Source of the DNA: an uncultured archaeon
GTDB taxonomy: Archaea; Asgardarchaeota; Jordiarchaeia; Jordiarchaeales; Jordiarchaeaceae
Assembly: GCA_964510585.1 (NCBI GenBank)
Contig: CAZECW010000067.1
Span: forward strand, 1 to 9,297
Length of the DNA stretch: 9,297 nucleotides
Direction of reading: 5' to 3'
The translations under genes were made by a program, and so were the position numbers. Below, one piece after another: positions 7,171 to 9,297 of this stretch; positions within the stretch are counted from its first letter, which is position 1; each line of letters starts with the position of its first letter. Under the pieces are notes generated by a model. The model did not search any database. It was not told where the DNA came from and saw only the letters and a program-made list of their open reading frames with translations.

Positions 7171-7583
7171 GAGCCATTCCCATTGGATAACAGCCTTTCT
7201 GTTGGAGAATACTGTTCACCCTAACTTATATGGATAAGAGAAAAGATGGGGTTCTGCTTGTGGTGTGGTTTTTGGGTTTTGATAGGTTCCCATGAAAATC
7301 TTAGACGCTTCAAGTGTATGAATGTTTGTCTTATTTTTGTTAATTTTTTGTGTTTCTTTCGCATTTGCTGGTCCGTAGTGTAGACTTACAGTGCTTCATT
7401 GGTGCAAGTGGCGTACCCATTTTAGTTGGGTTGGATAAATTCGTTTAATCATATTATACGATGGTGATAAATTTAGTTATTTTAGTGTGTTTAAAGTTTG
7501 GCCAGAACTGTGGAAAATTTAAAAATAAAAATTGGGGGGAATGGTTTGGTATTTTTTGTGTTTACTGTTTGTGGTTTCAGTTT

Positions 7584-8081
7584 TTATGGCTTTTTGCTTG
7601 TTAGTATTGCTGCGATTATGTAGATGGGTATACGTGCAATGAAGGTGTAGAAGGCGATTTTTGGGTCAATGAACATTAGGATTGTAAAGATGATGCCTAT
7701 AGCTCCTAAAGCTGCGGAGATTAGAGGGCGTCCGCCCACCTTTCTCAGAGTTATTTGCATTATGTCAGCTATTAAAAGTAGTATTGCTGCCACTGCTAGG
7801 CCTGAGTACCATAGTAGTATCATGAGTTCTCTTGAGGAACTGTAGAGTATGAGTTGGAAGAGAACGTAGAGTGATGCGAAGAGGCTGACGTTAAGGTAGG
7901 GGAGCATGTATGGCAGGAAAAACGCGAAGAGCATCATGTTTACCATGTAGCCTTCCAAGTAGTGTATGTAGAAGTTGCTCCAAAAAAGCCATACAACCGC
8001 CACAGGCAAACCGAATACAGCAATTATAGCACCTAGAGGTCCGGTTTCCTCACCACTTTGCTTTCCCTGTTCCTCAGTCAT
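7584..8081 (-). CDS. Hypothetical membrane protein, about 5 TM helices
   Basis: 165-aa ORF; ATG preceded by GAGGTG SD; charged N-terminus followed by hydrophobic helices and a basic C-terminus. No family recognised. Confidence 0.8.
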   Translation of the reverse strand: MTEEQGKQSGEETGPLGAIIAVFGLPVAVVWLFWSNFYIHYLEGYMVNMMLFAFFLPYMLPYLNVSLFASLYVLFQLILYSSSRELMILLWYSGLAVAAILLLIADIMQITLRKVGGRPLISAALGAIGIIFTILMFIDPKIAFYTFIARIPIYIIAAILTSKKP

Positions 8082-8196
8082 TGTAACACCTCTATATTTC
8101 TTATAAGCTTAAAATATTAATAAACTTGCCTTGCCATCCAGGGATGAGAAAACCTAAAAACAAAATGTTTGGTATTAAAGCGAGTTGAAAAAGGTG

Positions 8197-8943
8197 TTAG
8201 TTTAGGGCCTTCTTTTTGTGCTCCTGGAAAAATACTAGGTTTGCTATTGTGAATGTTGCAGAAAGTGTTATGAATGCTAACCATAGGATCAGTAAACCCG
8301 CAAATAGTATAGTTCCAGTAACTATGGCTAGTAGTCCTACAGCGAAACTTAGTTTTGGGCCTGCCAGTAGATCCCTCAAATTTATGAATGTGGCTCCAAA
8401 TGTGATTATTACAATGCCTGTTAGTATGAAGCCTAGCCACAATTGGAGTGTGTTAATGTTGGGCACTCCACCCATAAGGATAGCGAATTGGGTGGGATAC
8501 TTTGAAATGAGTAGTGGGGAGATTAGCGACGTGTATGTTTGTGTGTTGCCTCCCGCCGTCACACCCAAAAGTAGTAATGCAGCGGTAGGTATGGGTGTTA
8601 TGGTTCCAACCACTGGGCCTATTACTCCTAACTTTTTCTTTCCCCCACTTACTCCATAGAGTCCTATACCTGTTAATACTAGGGATAGAGCTAAAGCTAT
8701 TGCTAGAATAAGGGTCAGCCACGTTAAACTGTCTCGTAAATTCTCCATGTGAACGTTTAATGAGGCTGGGATGCAAGGATGTTCAAGAATTCCTGGGAAT
8801 ATGATCGGAATATTTTGGGTGAGAACTGTAAGCTCGTACATTCTGGCAAAATCATAGTACATAACACTCCAAACAATTCCCACCAGAGTAGCCTCTACTC
8901 CCAGAACCGAACCTAAAACTCCCAAAGTAACTGCCTTACTCAT
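8197..8943 (-). CDS. Hypothetical membrane protein, about 6 TM helices
   Basis: ORF track start 8952; ATG at 8943 has a GGGTGA SD just upstream. Gly-rich hydrophobic helices, basic C-terminal tail (HKKKALN), T-rich region after the stop. No family recognised. Confidence 0.8.
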   Translation of the reverse strand: MSKAVTLGVLGSVLGVEATLVGIVWSVMYYDFARMYELTVLTQNIPIIFPGILEHPCIPASLNVHMENLRDSLTWLTLILAIALALSLVLTGIGLYGVSGGKKKLGVIGPVVGTITPIPTAALLLLGVTAGGNTQTYTSLISPLLISKYPTQFAILMGGVPNINTLQLWLGFILTGIVIITFGATFINLRDLLAGPKLSFAVGLLAIVTGTILFAGLLILWLAFITLSATFTIANLVFFQEHKKKALN

Positions 8944-9148
8944 AAATTTCACCCAACACCATAAACAATTTTTTCCTTTTAAAATGTAGCAAACACACCT
9001 TTTTTAGCTCAATGGGAGCTGATCTTATGTTAGATGCTCCCTTTTCACTATATAGTTTTAGGTTCTTTTCGCCGGTCGATGGTGTTTTCAAAAAATCAGG
9101 GAAAAAAAATACGCCAAGCGCCTCGGTGCACAATTTTAATGCATTTAC

Positions 9149-9297
9149 AACCCTTTGCGAGAAAGCCCCCGACTTCAAGTCGTGGGGATGAATCGCCAAA
9201 AAGGCTTATAGGCTTGTGTGTTGATGAATTTATGGGTATCAACAGATGGAATACCGGCATTCTCGAAACCAGGTCTATCTCATCAACTACCACCTCG
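9149..9297 (+). mobile_element. Left end of an IS200/IS605-family element carrying tnpA (runs off the window)
   Basis: TTAC at 9145-9148, then AACCCTTTGCGAG-AAAG-CCCCCGACTTCAAGTCGTGGGG-ATGAATCGCCAAAAA, nearly identical to the left ends at 135-85 and 6400-6346; it diverges from them after ~9202 and leads into a TnpA-like N-terminus. Confidence 0.85.
9246..9297 (+). CDS. tnpA: IS200/IS605 Y1 (HUH) transposase, first 17 codons only
   Basis: ATG at 9246 gives MEYRHSRNQVYLINYHL(V), matching the characteristic TnpA N-terminus (Y.H....VY.INYH.VW). It lies ~45 nt downstream of an IS605-type left end. Too short for the ORF track. Confidence 0.75.
   Translation, partial: MEYRHSRNQVYLINYHL

Noticed and set aside
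1-9202. The three hairpin repeats as a CRISPR array or REP cluster
   Set aside because: Spacing is kilobases, orientation is mixed and they carry transposon end signals.
8117-9293. ORFs 8117-8440, 8216-8659, 8453-8776, 8936-9199, 9096-9293
   Set aside because: Shadows of the 248-aa membrane protein gene or translations across the IS left end.

Overview
Archaeal-type window (TATA-like boxes, GGAGG/GGTG Shine-Dalgarno sites, oligo-T terminators); I cannot assign the lineage. Left to right: the left half of a non-autonomous IS200/IS605-family element (1-135); an 840-aa minus-strand protein fusing about 11-12 TM helices to a divergent S8 subtilase; a divergently transcribed tandem pair of PaaK-like adenylate-forming ligases, the first with a degenerate P-loop and no C-terminal domain; a complete 278-bp copy of the non-autonomous element (6123-6400) with IS608-like ends, a TATA box and a highly structured omegaRNA-like cassette; a multiply frameshifted HEAT-repeat pseudogene; two orphan membrane proteins; and, at the right edge, the left end plus the first 17 codons of tnpA from a related, probably autonomous element. 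A motif (TATA-like box followed by GTAGACTCATTG) occurs three times around the protease and ligase genes. The + strand alternates between A/C-rich and G/T-rich blocks regardless of gene orientation.
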